Shown: piece after piece, positions 36,977 to 45,832 of the stretch | Layout: each line of letters starts with the position of its first letter | Position numbering within the stretch: position 1 is the stretch's first letter | Source: an uncultured Candidatus Saccharibacteria bacterium | GTDB taxonomy: Bacteria > Patescibacteriota > Minisyncoccia > UBA6257 > 1-14-0-10-40-38 | Assembly: GCA_964543265.1 (NCBI GenBank) | Contig: CAZIWN010000001.1 | Span: 38,470 to 102,469 of the forward strand | DNA length: 64,000 bases | Direction of reading: 5' to 3' | Made by a program: the position numbers and the translations under genes | The notes under the pieces: generated by a model | Databases searched by the model: none | What the model was told of the DNA's origin: nothing | The model's input: the letters and a program-made list of their open reading frames with translations, nothing else

Positions 36977-37008
36977 ATTTAATTCCTTCAAGAATTAATT
37001 AAAACAAC

Positions 37009-37332
37009 ATGGTTCAAACCCTTGAAAAAGACAGAATAAGATTGAGGATCAGGTCATACGATCATAAATTGATCGATGCCACCTGCAAGCAGATAATCGA
37101 GACAGCTAAGCGCCACGAGGCAAAAATTGCTGGCCCGATTCCTCTGCCAACCGATATGAAAAAATATACGGTTAACAGGTCCACATTCGTTCATAAGAAT
37201 TCAAGAGAGCAATTTGAGATGAGAATGCATAAAAGATTAATAGATATCTTAAATCCAAATCAGGCTCTCATGGAATCACTTTCAAGGATGAATCTTCCTT
37301 CAGGAGTGGACATTGAGATAAAAATGTCTTAG
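37009..37332 (+). CDS. rpsJ: 30S ribosomal protein S10
   Basis: 107 aa. IRIRLRSYDHKLIDATCKQIIETAKR... Confidence 0.95.
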   Translation: MVQTLEKDRIRLRIRSYDHKLIDATCKQIIETAKRHEAKIAGPIPLPTDMKKYTVNRSTFVHKNSREQFEMRMHKRLIDILNPNQALMESLSRMNLPSGVDIEIKMS

Positions 37333-37389
37333 TATATAATCAGTTTTGACAGGCAGACGATAAGTTTCCGAATCGAGGTAACTAATAGA

Positions 37390-37419
37390 AACTGCCGAAT
37401 GATTGTCGGCAGTTTTTAT
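37390..37419 (+). terminator. Intra-operon hairpin plus T-run between rpsJ and rplC (possible attenuator or partial terminator)
   Basis: aactgccga-atgattg-tcggcagtt followed by ttttta. Confidence 0.45.
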
Positions 37420-37437
37420 TAGAATCAATAAAAAACA

Positions 37438-37863
37438 ATGAAGATAAAAGGTTTAAAACTTAAAATGACTCAAATCTGGGGCGAAAACGACGCTGTTTTC
37501 GGCGTAACCCCTGTAAAATTTGATGAAAAAGCCGATTTATCAGGTTTAAAAGCCGGAGAATTAGTAATGGTTTCCGGTTTAACTAAGGGAAGAGGTTTTC
37601 AGGGTGTAGTTAAGCGCCATGGCTTCCACGGAGGACCAAAAACCCACGGTCAGAAAAACAGACACAGGGCTCCTGGTTCTATTGGTAATACGGCTCCTCA
37701 GAGAGTTTTGCCTGGAAGAAGAATGGCTGGACACATGGGAATGACCACATCTACTTCTAAAAATATCAAAATAGTTAAAATCGAAGACTCGATTAAGACT
37801 ATTTATTTAAACGGATCAGCTCCTGGACACATCGGAACTCCAGTCGTTATTTCAAAAAAATAG
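37438..37863 (+). CDS. rplC: 50S ribosomal protein L3 (short form with an internal deletion)
   Basis: 141 aa, compared with ~205-210 aa typically. The N-terminus (MKIKGLKLKMTQIWGENDAVFGVTPV) and C-terminus (KGRGFQGVVKRHGF...PGSIGN...RMAGHMG...) align to L3, but ~65 residues are missing from the middle. Confidence 0.85.
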   Translation: MKIKGLKLKMTQIWGENDAVFGVTPVKFDEKADLSGLKAGELVMVSGLTKGRGFQGVVKRHGFHGGPKTHGQKNRHRAPGSIGNTAPQRVLPGRRMAGHMGMTTSTSKNIKIVKIEDSIKTIYLNGSAPGHIGTPVVISKK

Positions 37864-37879
37864 ACATTTAATTATTATC

Positions 37880-38533
37880 ATGGAGGCAAAAGTTTACAAT
37901 TTTAATAAGGAAGTCGTAGGAAAAGTTTCTCTTCCAGAATCAGTTTTCGGAAGAAAATGGAATCCAGACCTAGTTGATCAAGCTCTAAAAGCAGAAGTTG
38001 CTAATAGGCGCGTTGTTACTGCGCACGCCAAGGGCAGAGGAGAAGTTTCCGGAGGAGGAAAGAAGCCTTGGAGACAAAAAGGAACAGGCCGTGCTCGTCA
38101 TGGATCCATCAGATCTCCATTGTGGAGCGGAGGAGGAGTCTCTTTGGGACCAAATGAAAATCGCAATTTTTCTTTAAAGATTAATAAAAAGATGAAGCGC
38201 GGTGCTCTTTATTCTTTACTTTCAAAGAAATTAACATCTGAAAATGTAATGTTTTTAGACACTTTAAATTCAAAATTCACAAAAACCAAAGAATTAGATA
38301 AGGCTTTAAAAACTTTCTTAAAAGCTGATAAATCTGCCAAAAATCTTTCAGTTCTTTTAGTTGCAGATAAAGATAATCAATCAATATTTAAAATTTCAAG
38401 AAATATTCCAAAAGTTTCTTCTGTTAGGGCTAAAGATTTAGATATCGAATCAGTTTTAAAATATAAAAATATCCTAATAGAAAAAAATTCAGTCCCTGAA
38501 TTTAAAGAAGTTAAATCTAAAATCGTTAAATAA
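37880..38533 (+). CDS. rplD: 50S ribosomal protein L4
   Basis: 217 aa, conserved position and sequence. Confidence 0.9.
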   Translation: MEAKVYNFNKEVVGKVSLPESVFGRKWNPDLVDQALKAEVANRRVVTAHAKGRGEVSGGGKKPWRQKGTGRARHGSIRSPLWSGGGVSLGPNENRNFSLKINKKMKRGALYSLLSKKLTSENVMFLDTLNSKFTKTKELDKALKTFLKADKSAKNLSVLLVADKDNQSIFKISRNIPKVSSVRAKDLDIESVLKYKNILIEKNSVPEFKEVKSKIVK

Positions 38534-38538
38534 AATCC

Positions 38539-38817
38539 ATGGATAAGTTTTTAATTAAAAAACCAATAGTCACTGAAAAATCTGTAAGCGAAGCCGAGAT
38601 CGGCAAGTACGTGTTTTTAGTCAGTGATTCTGCAACTAAGCCAGAAGTTAAAAAAGCTTTAAAGGGTATTTATAAAGTTGATACTGTAAAAATCAATATA
38701 GTAAATTCCAGACCAAAAACAAAAAGAATGGGTAATTACCTTTACAGCAAATCAGGATATAAAAAGGCGATTGTCACCCTTAAAAAGGGCCAAAAACTAG
38801 ACATTTTACAAAGTTAA
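38539..38817 (+). CDS. rplW: 50S ribosomal protein L23
   Basis: 92 aa, conserved position and sequence. Confidence 0.9.
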   Translation: MDKFLIKKPIVTEKSVSEAEIGKYVFLVSDSATKPEVKKALKGIYKVDTVKINIVNSRPKTKRMGNYLYSKSGYKKAIVTLKKGQKLDILQS

Positions 38818-38839
38818 ATATAGAATTATCTCCACTCAA

Positions 38840-39676
38840 ATGAAGACTTATAAGCCTACAACTCCATCAAGACGCCAAATGACCAATATTAATTATTCGG
38901 AGGTTTTGACGTCTAACGTTGAGAGACATAAGCCTTTGACTATGAGGATTTTGGCCAGTGCCGGAAGAAATAACAGGGGAGTAATCACTGTTAGACATCA
39001 AGGATCTGGAAATAAAAAACTCTATAGAATAATCGACTTTTTACAGAACAAATTAAACGTTCCAGGTAGAGTTGAGACTATTGAATATGATCCATACAGA
39101 ACTGCTTTCATAGCTTTAGTTTGCTATAAAGACGGAGAAAGAAGATATGTTTTAGCTCCAAAAGATTTAAGGGTTGGAGAAGAAATTATCGTATCAGAAT
39201 CAGCCCCTATTAAGTTGGGCAATCGCTTAAAGTTAAAAAACCTTCCTTTAGGAACTCTAGTTCATAATATCGAAATGGTTCCAAACGAAGGAGGAAAGCT
39301 CGCCAGATCTGCCGGATCTTTTGCTGAAGTTTTTGGAATTGAAGGCAAGTACTGCATTTTAAAGTTGGGTTCTAAGGAAGTTAGAAAAGTTCCTTCAGAA
39401 TGTTTCGCTACCGTTGGCCAAGTTTCTAATCCAGATTGGAATTTGGTAAATATAGGAAAGGCTGGAAAATCTCGTGGTTTGGGAATTAGGCCAACTGTCC
39501 GCGGAAGCGTAATGAACCCATGTGATCACCCATATGGAGGAGGAGAAGGTAGACAACCAAGAGGAACCAAGAGACCAAAGACCATGTGGGGTAAGGTTAC
39601 TGGTGGAAGAAAAACAAGACACAAAAAGAAGTCTTCAACAAGGCTTATTATGCAACGTCGTCCAAAAATAAGATAA
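38840..39676 (+). CDS. rplB: 50S ribosomal protein L2
   Basis: 278 aa. ...[19 protein letters not shown]...HPYGGGEGR... Confidence 0.95.
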   Translation: MKTYKPTTPSRRQMTNINYSEVLTSNVERHKPLTMRILASAGRNNRGVITVRHQGSGNKKLYRIIDFLQNKLNVPGRVETIEYDPYRTAFIALVCYKDGERRYVLAPKDLRVGEEIIVSESAPIKLGNRLKLKNLPLGTLVHNIEMVPNEGGKLARSAGSFAEVFGIEGKYCILKLGSKEVRKVPSECFATVGQVSNPDWNLVNIGKAGKSRGLGIRPTVRGSVMNPCDHPYGGGEGRQPRGTKRPKTMWGKVTGGRKTRHKKKSSTRLIMQRRPKIR

Positions 39677-39680
39677 AACT

Positions 39681-40031
39681 ATGTCTAGATCAAGCAGAAA
39701 AGGGCCTTATGTTGACCCAAGGCTTTTGAAAAAAATATCAAAATTAAAAATCAACGATCCTTCAGTTATCAAAACCTGGAGCCGTTCTTCTGAAATTTCT
39801 CCAGAAATGGTTGGTTTTACTTTTGGAGTTCACAATGGAAAGACTCATGTCGAGGTGACTGTTCGCGAAGAAATGGTTGGACACCGCTTGGGTGAATTTT
39901 CTCCAACAACTAAATTCGTTAAACACGGAGGAAAAATGCAAAGAGAATTAGAAGCCAGCCAAAAAGCGGCTGAAGTTGAAAAAGCAAAAGCAGCCAAAGC
40001 TCCTGCAGCTTCTGCGCTTCCTAAGAAATAG
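39681..40031 (+). CDS. rpsS: 30S ribosomal protein S19 with an Ala/Lys-rich C-terminal extension
   Basis: 116 aa. Core ...[18 protein letters not shown], followed by a ~25-aa [15 protein letters not shown] tail. Confidence 0.92.
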   Translation: MSRSSRKGPYVDPRLLKKISKLKINDPSVIKTWSRSSEISPEMVGFTFGVHNGKTHVEVTVREEMVGHRLGEFSPTTKFVKHGGKMQRELEASQKAAEVEKAKAAKAPAASALPKK

Positions 40032-40039
40032 ACAAAAAC

Positions 40040-40576
40040 ATGAATCAAGAAACAGTAAAATTAAGTTTTCTAAAAATAGCACCAAGAAAAGTCCGCTTAA
40101 TAGCGAATACTTTGCGTGGTCTTTCTTATAGCGAAGCAGAAGCTCAATTAATGCTTAGACCACAAAGAGCTTCAGATCCTTTATTAAAGCTTTTAAGATC
40201 AGCCGGAGCTAATGTCAGAAACAATAAAAAATCTTCACCAGAAAAATATATAGTTTCAGAGATTTTTGTTAATCAAGGACCAGTTTTAAAGAGAATCTTG
40301 CCTCGTGCTAAAGGTATGGCTACTCCAATACATAAAATAATGAGCCATGTCGTTTTAGTTTTAAAAGAGTCAGAAAAAGAAAATCCATCTAGATTCTTAA
40401 TTGTTAAAAAAGAAAAGCCTAAGAAAGAAGAAAAAAAGAATAAAAGAAAAGCAACCGACAAAAAAGTAGAAGTTCACACAGATTCAAAGAAGCACGTGGA
40501 TTCTCATAAAGAAAAAGGAGAGGTTGCTCCAAAAGAAGGTCTTATGAAAAAAATGTTTAGAAGAAAATCAGTATAA
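40040..40576 (+). CDS. rplV: 50S ribosomal protein L22 with a ~65-aa lysine/glutamate-rich C-terminal extension
   Basis: 178 aa, compared with ~110 typically. Core ...ILPRAKGMATPIHKIMSHVVLVLKE, then a KEKPKKEEKKNKRK... tail. Confidence 0.92.
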   Translation: MNQETVKLSFLKIAPRKVRLIANTLRGLSYSEAEAQLMLRPQRASDPLLKLLRSAGANVRNNKKSSPEKYIVSEIFVNQGPVLKRILPRAKGMATPIHKIMSHVVLVLKESEKENPSRFLIVKKEKPKKEEKKNKRKATDKKVEVHTDSKKHVDSHKEKGEVAPKEGLMKKMFRRKSV

Positions 40577-40582
40577 AATAAT

Positions 40583-41302
40583 ATGGGACAAAAAATTCGC
40601 CCCGACTCACTAAGGTTGGGAATAATCGGAGACTGGCAGAGTAAATGGTTTCCTAAAAATGGATACAAGAACAGCTTACAAGAAGACGAGCTTATTAGAG
40701 ATATTATTAAAGCAAAATTAAAAGATGCTGGAATTATTTCTATAATCATCGAAAGACCATTAGATAATTCTTGGAGAGTAACTGTTAAAGTTGGACGCCC
40801 TGGAATAGCTATCGGCCGCGGAGGAAAAGGAATCGAAGAGTTAACCAAAGAAATTGAAGCTAAATTAAAAGCTCTTTTAAAGAAAAGAGTTATTAGAGAT
40901 ATTAAAATCACTGATAAAACAAAAGTTCCTCCAGTTTCCGTAAAGATGAACGTAGAAGAGCTTAAGAGAAACGATATTTCCGCCATGTATGTTGCTCAAT
41001 TAATCGCTTGGGATTTGGAAAAAAGAACTCCAGGAAGACGTGTTTTAAAAAGACACTTAGATTTAATGATTCAAAATAGAGAAGTTAAAGGTGCCAAAAT
41101 AAAACTTTCTGGAAGAATTGACGGTGCAGAAATCTCCAGACGCGAAATGCTTTCCGCCAAAAAACTTCCACTTCAGACCTTACGTGCCAATATCGATTAT
41201 GGAACAGCAACTGCTCATAACACATATGGAACAGTTGGCGTAAAAGTCTGGATATATAAGGGCGATGTTTTTGAACAAAAATCAAAAAAATTGGACAATT
41301 AG
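40583..41302 (+). CDS. rpsC: 30S ribosomal protein S3
   Basis: 239 aa. MGQKIRPDSLRLGII..., KH domain. Confidence 0.95.
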   Translation: MGQKIRPDSLRLGIIGDWQSKWFPKNGYKNSLQEDELIRDIIKAKLKDAGIISIIIERPLDNSWRVTVKVGRPGIAIGRGGKGIEELTKEIEAKLKALLKKRVIRDIKITDKTKVPPVSVKMNVEELKRNDISAMYVAQLIAWDLEKRTPGRRVLKRHLDLMIQNREVKGAKIKLSGRIDGAEISRREMLSAKKLPLQTLRANIDYGTATAHNTYGTVGVKVWIYKGDVFEQKSKKLDN

Positions 41303-41330
41303 TTTTTATTTGTGCTATTTTATATAAACC

Positions 41331-41750
41331 ATGCTTATACCGAAAAAAGTAAAACATAGAAAGTGGATGAAGGGACGTTCCTTGAGTAGAATGGTTGAAA
41401 CTCGCGGAACTAGTCTTGCTTTTGGCTCTTTCGGATTAAAAGCAGAAAGTGCAGCTTGGCTCAATTCAAAACAGATTGAAGCCGGCAGACGTTCTTTGAC
41501 TAATTTCTTAAAGAGGCAAGGAAAAGTCTTTATCAGGGTTTTCCCAGATAAGCCAATCACCAAACAAGCCCCAGAAAAAACTCTTGGAGGAGGTAAGGGA
41601 GCTGTTGATCATTATGTTTTTCCTGTTAAACCGGGAAGGATTATTTTTGAGGTTGATGGAGTTTCTAGAGAAATCGCCAGAGAGGCTTTAAGGGTCACAG
41701 GATTTAAGATGCCTATGAGAACAAGAATCATAGAAAAAGAGCAGAAATAA
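41331..41750 (+). CDS. rplP: 50S ribosomal protein L16
   Basis: 139 aa. MLIPKKVKHRK... Confidence 0.95.
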   Translation: MLIPKKVKHRKWMKGRSLSRMVETRGTSLAFGSFGLKAESAAWLNSKQIEAGRRSLTNFLKRQGKVFIRVFPDKPITKQAPEKTLGGGKGAVDHYVFPVKPGRIIFEVDGVSREIAREALRVTGFKMPMRTRIIEKEQK

Positions 41751-41754
41751 AAAC

Positions 41755-41958
41755 ATGAAAAGAAAAGATTTTTTGAAGGACATAGCAAATAAAGGAGAGA
41801 AAGAATTAAAGAAGGACTTATCTGATTTAAAAGATAAGCTCTGGGATTTGAATTCTCAATTTATTGCTGGAAAAACTAAAAATTTCCAAGAGATAAGTTC
41901 TGTCAAAAAAAATATCGCAAGAATTTTCACAAAGTTAAATAGTCAGAATAAAAAATAA
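41755..41958 (+). CDS. rpmC: 50S ribosomal protein L29
   Basis: 67 aa, conserved position. Confidence 0.85.
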   Translation: MKRKDFLKDIANKGEKELKKDLSDLKDKLWDLNSQFIAGKTKNFQEISSVKKNIARIFTKLNSQNKK

Positions 41959-41962
41959 AATC

Positions 41963-42190
41963 ATGAAGAAGCTTACAGGCGAAGTCGTCAGCGACAAAAT
42001 GAATAAGACAAGAGTCATAGAAATCGTTCAATGGAAAAAGAACGAGAAGTATTTGAAGTATTTCAAAATTTCAAAGCGCTTTAAAGCTCATGATGAAAAA
42101 AATGAATATAAAATTGGAGATAAGGTTGAAATAGTGGAAACCAAGCCAATGAGTCGTGAAAAGAGATGGGTTATTTCTAAAAAGATTTAA
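41963..42190 (+). CDS. rpsQ: 30S ribosomal protein S17
   Basis: 75 aa. ...[18 protein letters not shown]... Confidence 0.9.
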   Translation: MKKLTGEVVSDKMNKTRVIEIVQWKKNEKYLKYFKISKRFKAHDEKNEYKIGDKVEIVETKPMSREKRWVISKKI

Positions 42191-42199
42191 AATAAAAAC

Positions 42200-42568
42200 A
42201 TGGTACAAGAAAGGGCGATATTAAAAGTTGCAGATAATTCAGGCGCAAAATTCATCAGAGTTTTCCGCGTCTTAGGTGGTTCTAGAAAGCGCTATTCCCA
42301 TTTAGGAGAAATTGTCGTTGCTTCTGTTCAGAGCGCAGAACCAAGAAAAGCTATTAAAAAGAAAGATATCGTCAAAGCTGTAATAGTCAGAACAAGAAAT
42401 CCAATTAGACGTGCTGACGGAGTTGTCTTAAGGTTTGATGAAAATGCCGCAGTTATTATAGATGATAAAAAGGCTCCTAAGGCAACCAGAATCTTCGGAC
42501 CTATTCCAAGAGAAATTAAAAAATTTGGTTACGATCAAATTTTCAGCATGGCTGAAGAAATTGTTTAA
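42200..42568 (+). CDS. rplN: 50S ribosomal protein L14
   Basis: 122 aa. MVQERAILKVADNSGAK... Confidence 0.95.
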   Translation: MVQERAILKVADNSGAKFIRVFRVLGGSRKRYSHLGEIVVASVQSAEPRKAIKKKDIVKAVIVRTRNPIRRADGVVLRFDENAAVIIDDKKAPKATRIFGPIPREIKKFGYDQIFSMAEEIV

Positions 42569-42576
42569 TTAAATCT

Positions 42577-42882
42577 ATGAATATTAAGAAAGGAGACATA
42601 GTCCAGGTAATATCTGGAAAAGAATCAGGAAAAAAGGGCAAGGTCCTTGGCTTAGATTTGAAAAAAAATAGAATCACGGTTGAGGGTTTGAATTTGTATA
42701 AAAAGAATGTCCGCCCAAAAAGAGAAGGAGAAAAGGGACAAATCGTAGAACTTCCTCGCTCTATTAGCTACTCTAATATATTGCTCTATTGTTCTCATTG
42801 CGAGAAAGGAGTGAGATTTGGGGTAAAGGTAGAGAAGGATTCAAAGTCTAGGTATTGCAAAAAATGCAAAATTTCTTTATAA
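42577..42882 (+). CDS. rplX: 50S ribosomal protein L24 with an unusual C-terminal CxxC...CxxC (zinc-ribbon-like) segment
   Basis: 101 aa. KOW N-terminus MNIKKGDIVQVISGKESGKKGKVLG, and C-terminal ...YCSHCEKGVRFGVKVEKDSKSRYCKKCKISL. Confidence 0.88.
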   Translation: MNIKKGDIVQVISGKESGKKGKVLGLDLKKNRITVEGLNLYKKNVRPKREGEKGQIVELPRSISYSNILLYCSHCEKGVRFGVKVEKDSKSRYCKKCKISL

Positions 42883-42910
42883 ATAATATCTTCAAGAATT
42901 ATATAAAAAC

Positions 42911-43411
42911 ATGGATAAAGTAAGGTCGGAAATATTGAATAATTTGGAAAAAGTAGTAATAAACTCCGGTTTAGGAAAAATTTCCTCTTCAGGTAATGAT
43001 TTTGAAGGGAAAATTTTGCCTGGAATAATTGCCGATTTTAGAAGTATCACCGGACAAGCTCCTTCAACTAGAGCTGCTAAAATTTCAATCTCCGGCTTTA
43101 AATTAAGAGAAGGTTCTATTGTTGGATTAATGACAACCCTCAGAGGAAAGAGAATGGCAGACTTCTTAACTAAGCTTAATAATTCAGTATTTCCTAGAAT
43201 CAGGGACTTCAGGGGTATAAATAAAACTAGCGTTGATAATTCTGGAAATCTTTCTATGGGAATAAAAGAATCTGTTGCTTTTCCAGAAATAAGCCCAGAC
43301 GTTCAGAGAAACAATTTCGGAGTCGAGATAACTTTGACCCTAAAAAATAGAACTCCTAGGGAAGAAGCTATTGCTTTTTATACTAAAATCGGAATACCAT
43401 TTAAAAAATAA
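42911..43411 (+). CDS. rplE: 50S ribosomal protein L5
   Basis: 166 aa, conserved position and sequence. Confidence 0.92.
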   Translation: MDKVRSEILNNLEKVVINSGLGKISSSGNDFEGKILPGIIADFRSITGQAPSTRAAKISISGFKLREGSIVGLMTTLRGKRMADFLTKLNNSVFPRIRDFRGINKTSVDNSGNLSMGIKESVAFPEISPDVQRNNFGVEITLTLKNRTPREEAIAFYTKIGIPFKK

Positions 43412-43413
43412 AT

Positions 43414-43599
43414 ATGGCAAAGACATCTGTAATGGCAAGGTCTCTCAAAAGACCAAAATATATGACTCGCACTGTAAGACGCTGCTTCCGCTGTGGAAGA
43501 AAAGCCGGCTTCTTGAGAGATTTTGGAATGTGCAGAATCTGTTTTAGGGAAATGGCTAGTCGCGGAGAAATTCCAGGAGTTAAAAAAGCAAGTTGGTAA
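43414..43599 (+). CDS. rpsZ: 30S ribosomal protein S14, type Z (zinc-binding)
   Basis: 61 aa. [23 protein letters not shown]. Confidence 0.92.
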   Translation: MAKTSVMARSLKRPKYMTRTVRRCFRCGRKAGFLRDFGMCRICFREMASRGEIPGVKKASW

Positions 43600-43612
43600 G
43601 AAATTCAAGAAT

Positions 43613-43993
43613 ATGTATACAGACTTAATAACAAAAATCAAAAATTCGCAAAGAGCTAAAAAAGAGTACTTAAAAGTGCCATTTTCAAACATGGATAGCT
43701 CTATTTTAGATTTAATGCAGAAATATGGATTCATCGAGTCTGTATCTAAAAAAGGAAGACTTCCAAAAAGAGTTTTAGAGATCAAACTTAAATATGAAGG
43801 TGGAGAAGGATATATAAGAGGATCTAAATTCTTAAGTAAATCAGGTAGACGTCTCTATGGCGGATATTCAGATTTAAAAACCGTTGCTCAGGGTTATGGT
43901 TTGGGAGTAATTTCAACACCAAAAGGAATAATGAGCTATAATGACGCAAAAAAATCAAAGGTTGGCGGAGAACTTTTATTTGAAATTTGGTAA
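43613..43993 (+). CDS. rpsH: 30S ribosomal protein S8
   Basis: 126 aa from MYTDLITKIKNSQRAKKEY... The ORF track's upstream extension overlaps rpsZ in another frame. Confidence 0.9.
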   Translation: MYTDLITKIKNSQRAKKEYLKVPFSNMDSSILDLMQKYGFIESVSKKGRLPKRVLEIKLKYEGGEGYIRGSKFLSKSGRRLYGGYSDLKTVAQGYGLGVISTPKGIMSYNDAKKSKVGGELLFEIW

Positions 43994-44003
43994 AAATTAA
44001 AAC

Positions 44004-44549
44004 ATGTCAAAAATAGCTAAAAAACCAATAAGCATTCTAGATGGCGTCAAGGCTGAAGTTTCTGGAAAAGAAATTAAATTTTCCGGACCTCTCGGTAGCT
44101 TAACTATGCCTGTTATGGAATTTATTTCTTGTGAAATTAAAGATAATGCTTTTCTTTTAACTAAGAAATCAGATTCAGTTCAAGCCAGAGCCAACTGGGG
44201 AACAATGGCTTCTTTAATCAGAAACTGTATGGAGGGTGTAAAATTAGGATTTACCAAATCTTTAGAAATAGAAGGAATAGGTTTTAAGGCTCAAATGGAG
44301 GGAAAAAATTTAGTTCTTTCTGTGGGCTTCACTCACACCGTAAAAATAACTCCTAAGGCAGGAATTACTCTTTCAGTTGAAAAAAACGTTATTAAAGTTT
44401 CTGGAATGGATAAAAATGTTGTTGGTCAAACAGCTGCTGAAATAAGAAAAGTCAAAAAACCAGAACCATATAAGGGTAAGGGAATTCATTACGTCGGAGA
44501 AAGAATAATTAGGAAAGAAGGTAAAAAAGTTGCCGGTTCAACAGCATAG
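44004..44549 (+). CDS. rplF: 50S ribosomal protein L6
   Basis: 181 aa, conserved position and sequence. Confidence 0.92.
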   Translation: MSKIAKKPISILDGVKAEVSGKEIKFSGPLGSLTMPVMEFISCEIKDNAFLLTKKSDSVQARANWGTMASLIRNCMEGVKLGFTKSLEIEGIGFKAQMEGKNLVLSVGFTHTVKITPKAGITLSVEKNVIKVSGMDKNVVGQTAAEIRKVKKPEPYKGKGIHYVGERIIRKEGKKVAGSTA

Positions 44550-44565
44550 TTAAAATCATAAAAAT

Positions 44566-44913
44566 ATGAGAAAAGTTTTGAGACAGAATTTAATAAGAGA
44601 AAGAAGAAAAATAAGAGTTTCTAAAAAGATAAACGGTTCTTCAACTATGCCAAGAATTTCCGTATTCAGAAGTAATAAATATCTTCAGGTTCAATTAATT
44701 GATGATGTTGCAGAAAAAACCTTAATAGGCGGAACAACCAAGTCCCTTAAGGGTAAAAAAACAGAACAATCTATTGAATTAGGAAAGACAATAGCTCAGA
44801 AAGCTATAAAAGCCGGAATTAAATCCGCGGTCTTAGACAGAAATAAATATAGATATCACGGAAGAATCAAAGCCTTTGTCGAAAGTTTAAGGAATAACGG
44901 AATTAAGATATAA
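44566..44913 (+). CDS. rplR: 50S ribosomal protein L18
   Basis: 115 aa, conserved position and sequence. Confidence 0.9.
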   Translation: MRKVLRQNLIRERRKIRVSKKINGSSTMPRISVFRSNKYLQVQLIDDVAEKTLIGGTTKSLKGKKTEQSIELGKTIAQKAIKAGIKSAVLDRNKYRYHGRIKAFVESLRNNGIKI

Positions 44914-44918
44914 AAATT

Positions 44919-45392
44919 ATGAAGCCAAGAGAAAGATTTCAAAAAAAGGAAGAATTTCAAGACAAAGTCTTAGACTTGAGACGTGTTACTCGTGTAACAA
45001 AGGGAGGTAAACGTTTTAGATTTAGGGCCACCGTTATCATCGGTGATGGAAAGGGAAGAGTTGGTGCAGGAATCGCAAAAGGAAGCGATGCTTCTCAGGC
45101 CATATCTAAAGCCAGAACCAAGGCTACTAAAAACGTAATCAATGTTCCTTTAAGAGGAAGAACAATCATCCATCAAGTTGATGCTAAATTCAGCGCCGCA
45201 AGAATTATTCTCAAACCAGCCACAGAAGGTCACGGACTTATCGCTGGAGGTTCGGCTAGAACCGTTCTTTCTTTAGCTGGAGTACGCGATATAACAGCAA
45301 AAAGCTTAGGCAGAACTCCTAATAAATTGACTAATGCTCTAGCTACAATCGAAGCGTTGAAGAAATTAAGAGTAAGAAAGATGATAAAATAA
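44919..45392 (+). CDS. rpsE: 30S ribosomal protein S5
   Basis: 157 aa. ...RVTRVTKGGKRFRFRATVIIGDGKGRVG... Confidence 0.95.
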   Translation: MKPRERFQKKEEFQDKVLDLRRVTRVTKGGKRFRFRATVIIGDGKGRVGAGIAKGSDASQAISKARTKATKNVINVPLRGRTIIHQVDAKFSAARIILKPATEGHGLIAGGSARTVLSLAGVRDITAKSLGRTPNKLTNALATIEALKKLRVRKMIK

Positions 45393-45396
45393 AAAC

Positions 45397-45816
45397 ATGC
45401 AACTTCACGAACTACAAAGAAATAATCCCCTTAAGAGGAAGAAAGCTCCAGTTGGCCGCGGAGGTAAACGTGGAACTTATTCCGGAAAAGGAACCAAGGG
45501 ACAAAAAGCCAGATCAGGACACAGAATTCGTCCAGCTCAAAGGGATCTTATTCAGAGACTTCCTAAAATGAGAGGTTATAAAAATAAGATTAAAGATGAA
45601 GCTTCGACAGAAGTCAGCTTAAATGATTTATCTAAATTAAATTTAAAAGAAATCTCAAAGAAAACTCTTTTAGAAGCTGGAGTTATTAAAAAGATCGGCC
45701 AGAATGTAAAAATTTTAGGAACCGGTGAAATTAAAAATGCTTTACACATTAAAGGCATAAAGCTTTCCGCATCTGCTAAGGAAAAAATATTAGCATCTGG
45801 TGGAAAAGTTGAATAA
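45397..45816 (+). CDS. rplO: 50S ribosomal protein L15 (directly after S5; no L30 gene)
   Basis: 139 aa. ...GRGGKRGTYSGKGTKGQKARSG... Only a 4-nt gap after rpsE, leaving no room for rpmD. Confidence 0.92.
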   Translation: MQLHELQRNNPLKRKKAPVGRGGKRGTYSGKGTKGQKARSGHRIRPAQRDLIQRLPKMRGYKNKIKDEASTEVSLNDLSKLNLKEISKKTLLEAGVIKKIGQNVKILGTGEIKNALHIKGIKLSASAKEKILASGGKVE

Positions 45817-45832
45817 TTACAACTGATTTAAA

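Noticed and set aside
36169-36991. Minus-strand ORFs antisense to tuf
   Set aside because: Shadow ORFs opposite a highly conserved gene.
40504-40986. 160-aa minus-strand ORF across rplV/rpsC
   Set aside because: Antisense to two ribosomal protein genes. Spurious.
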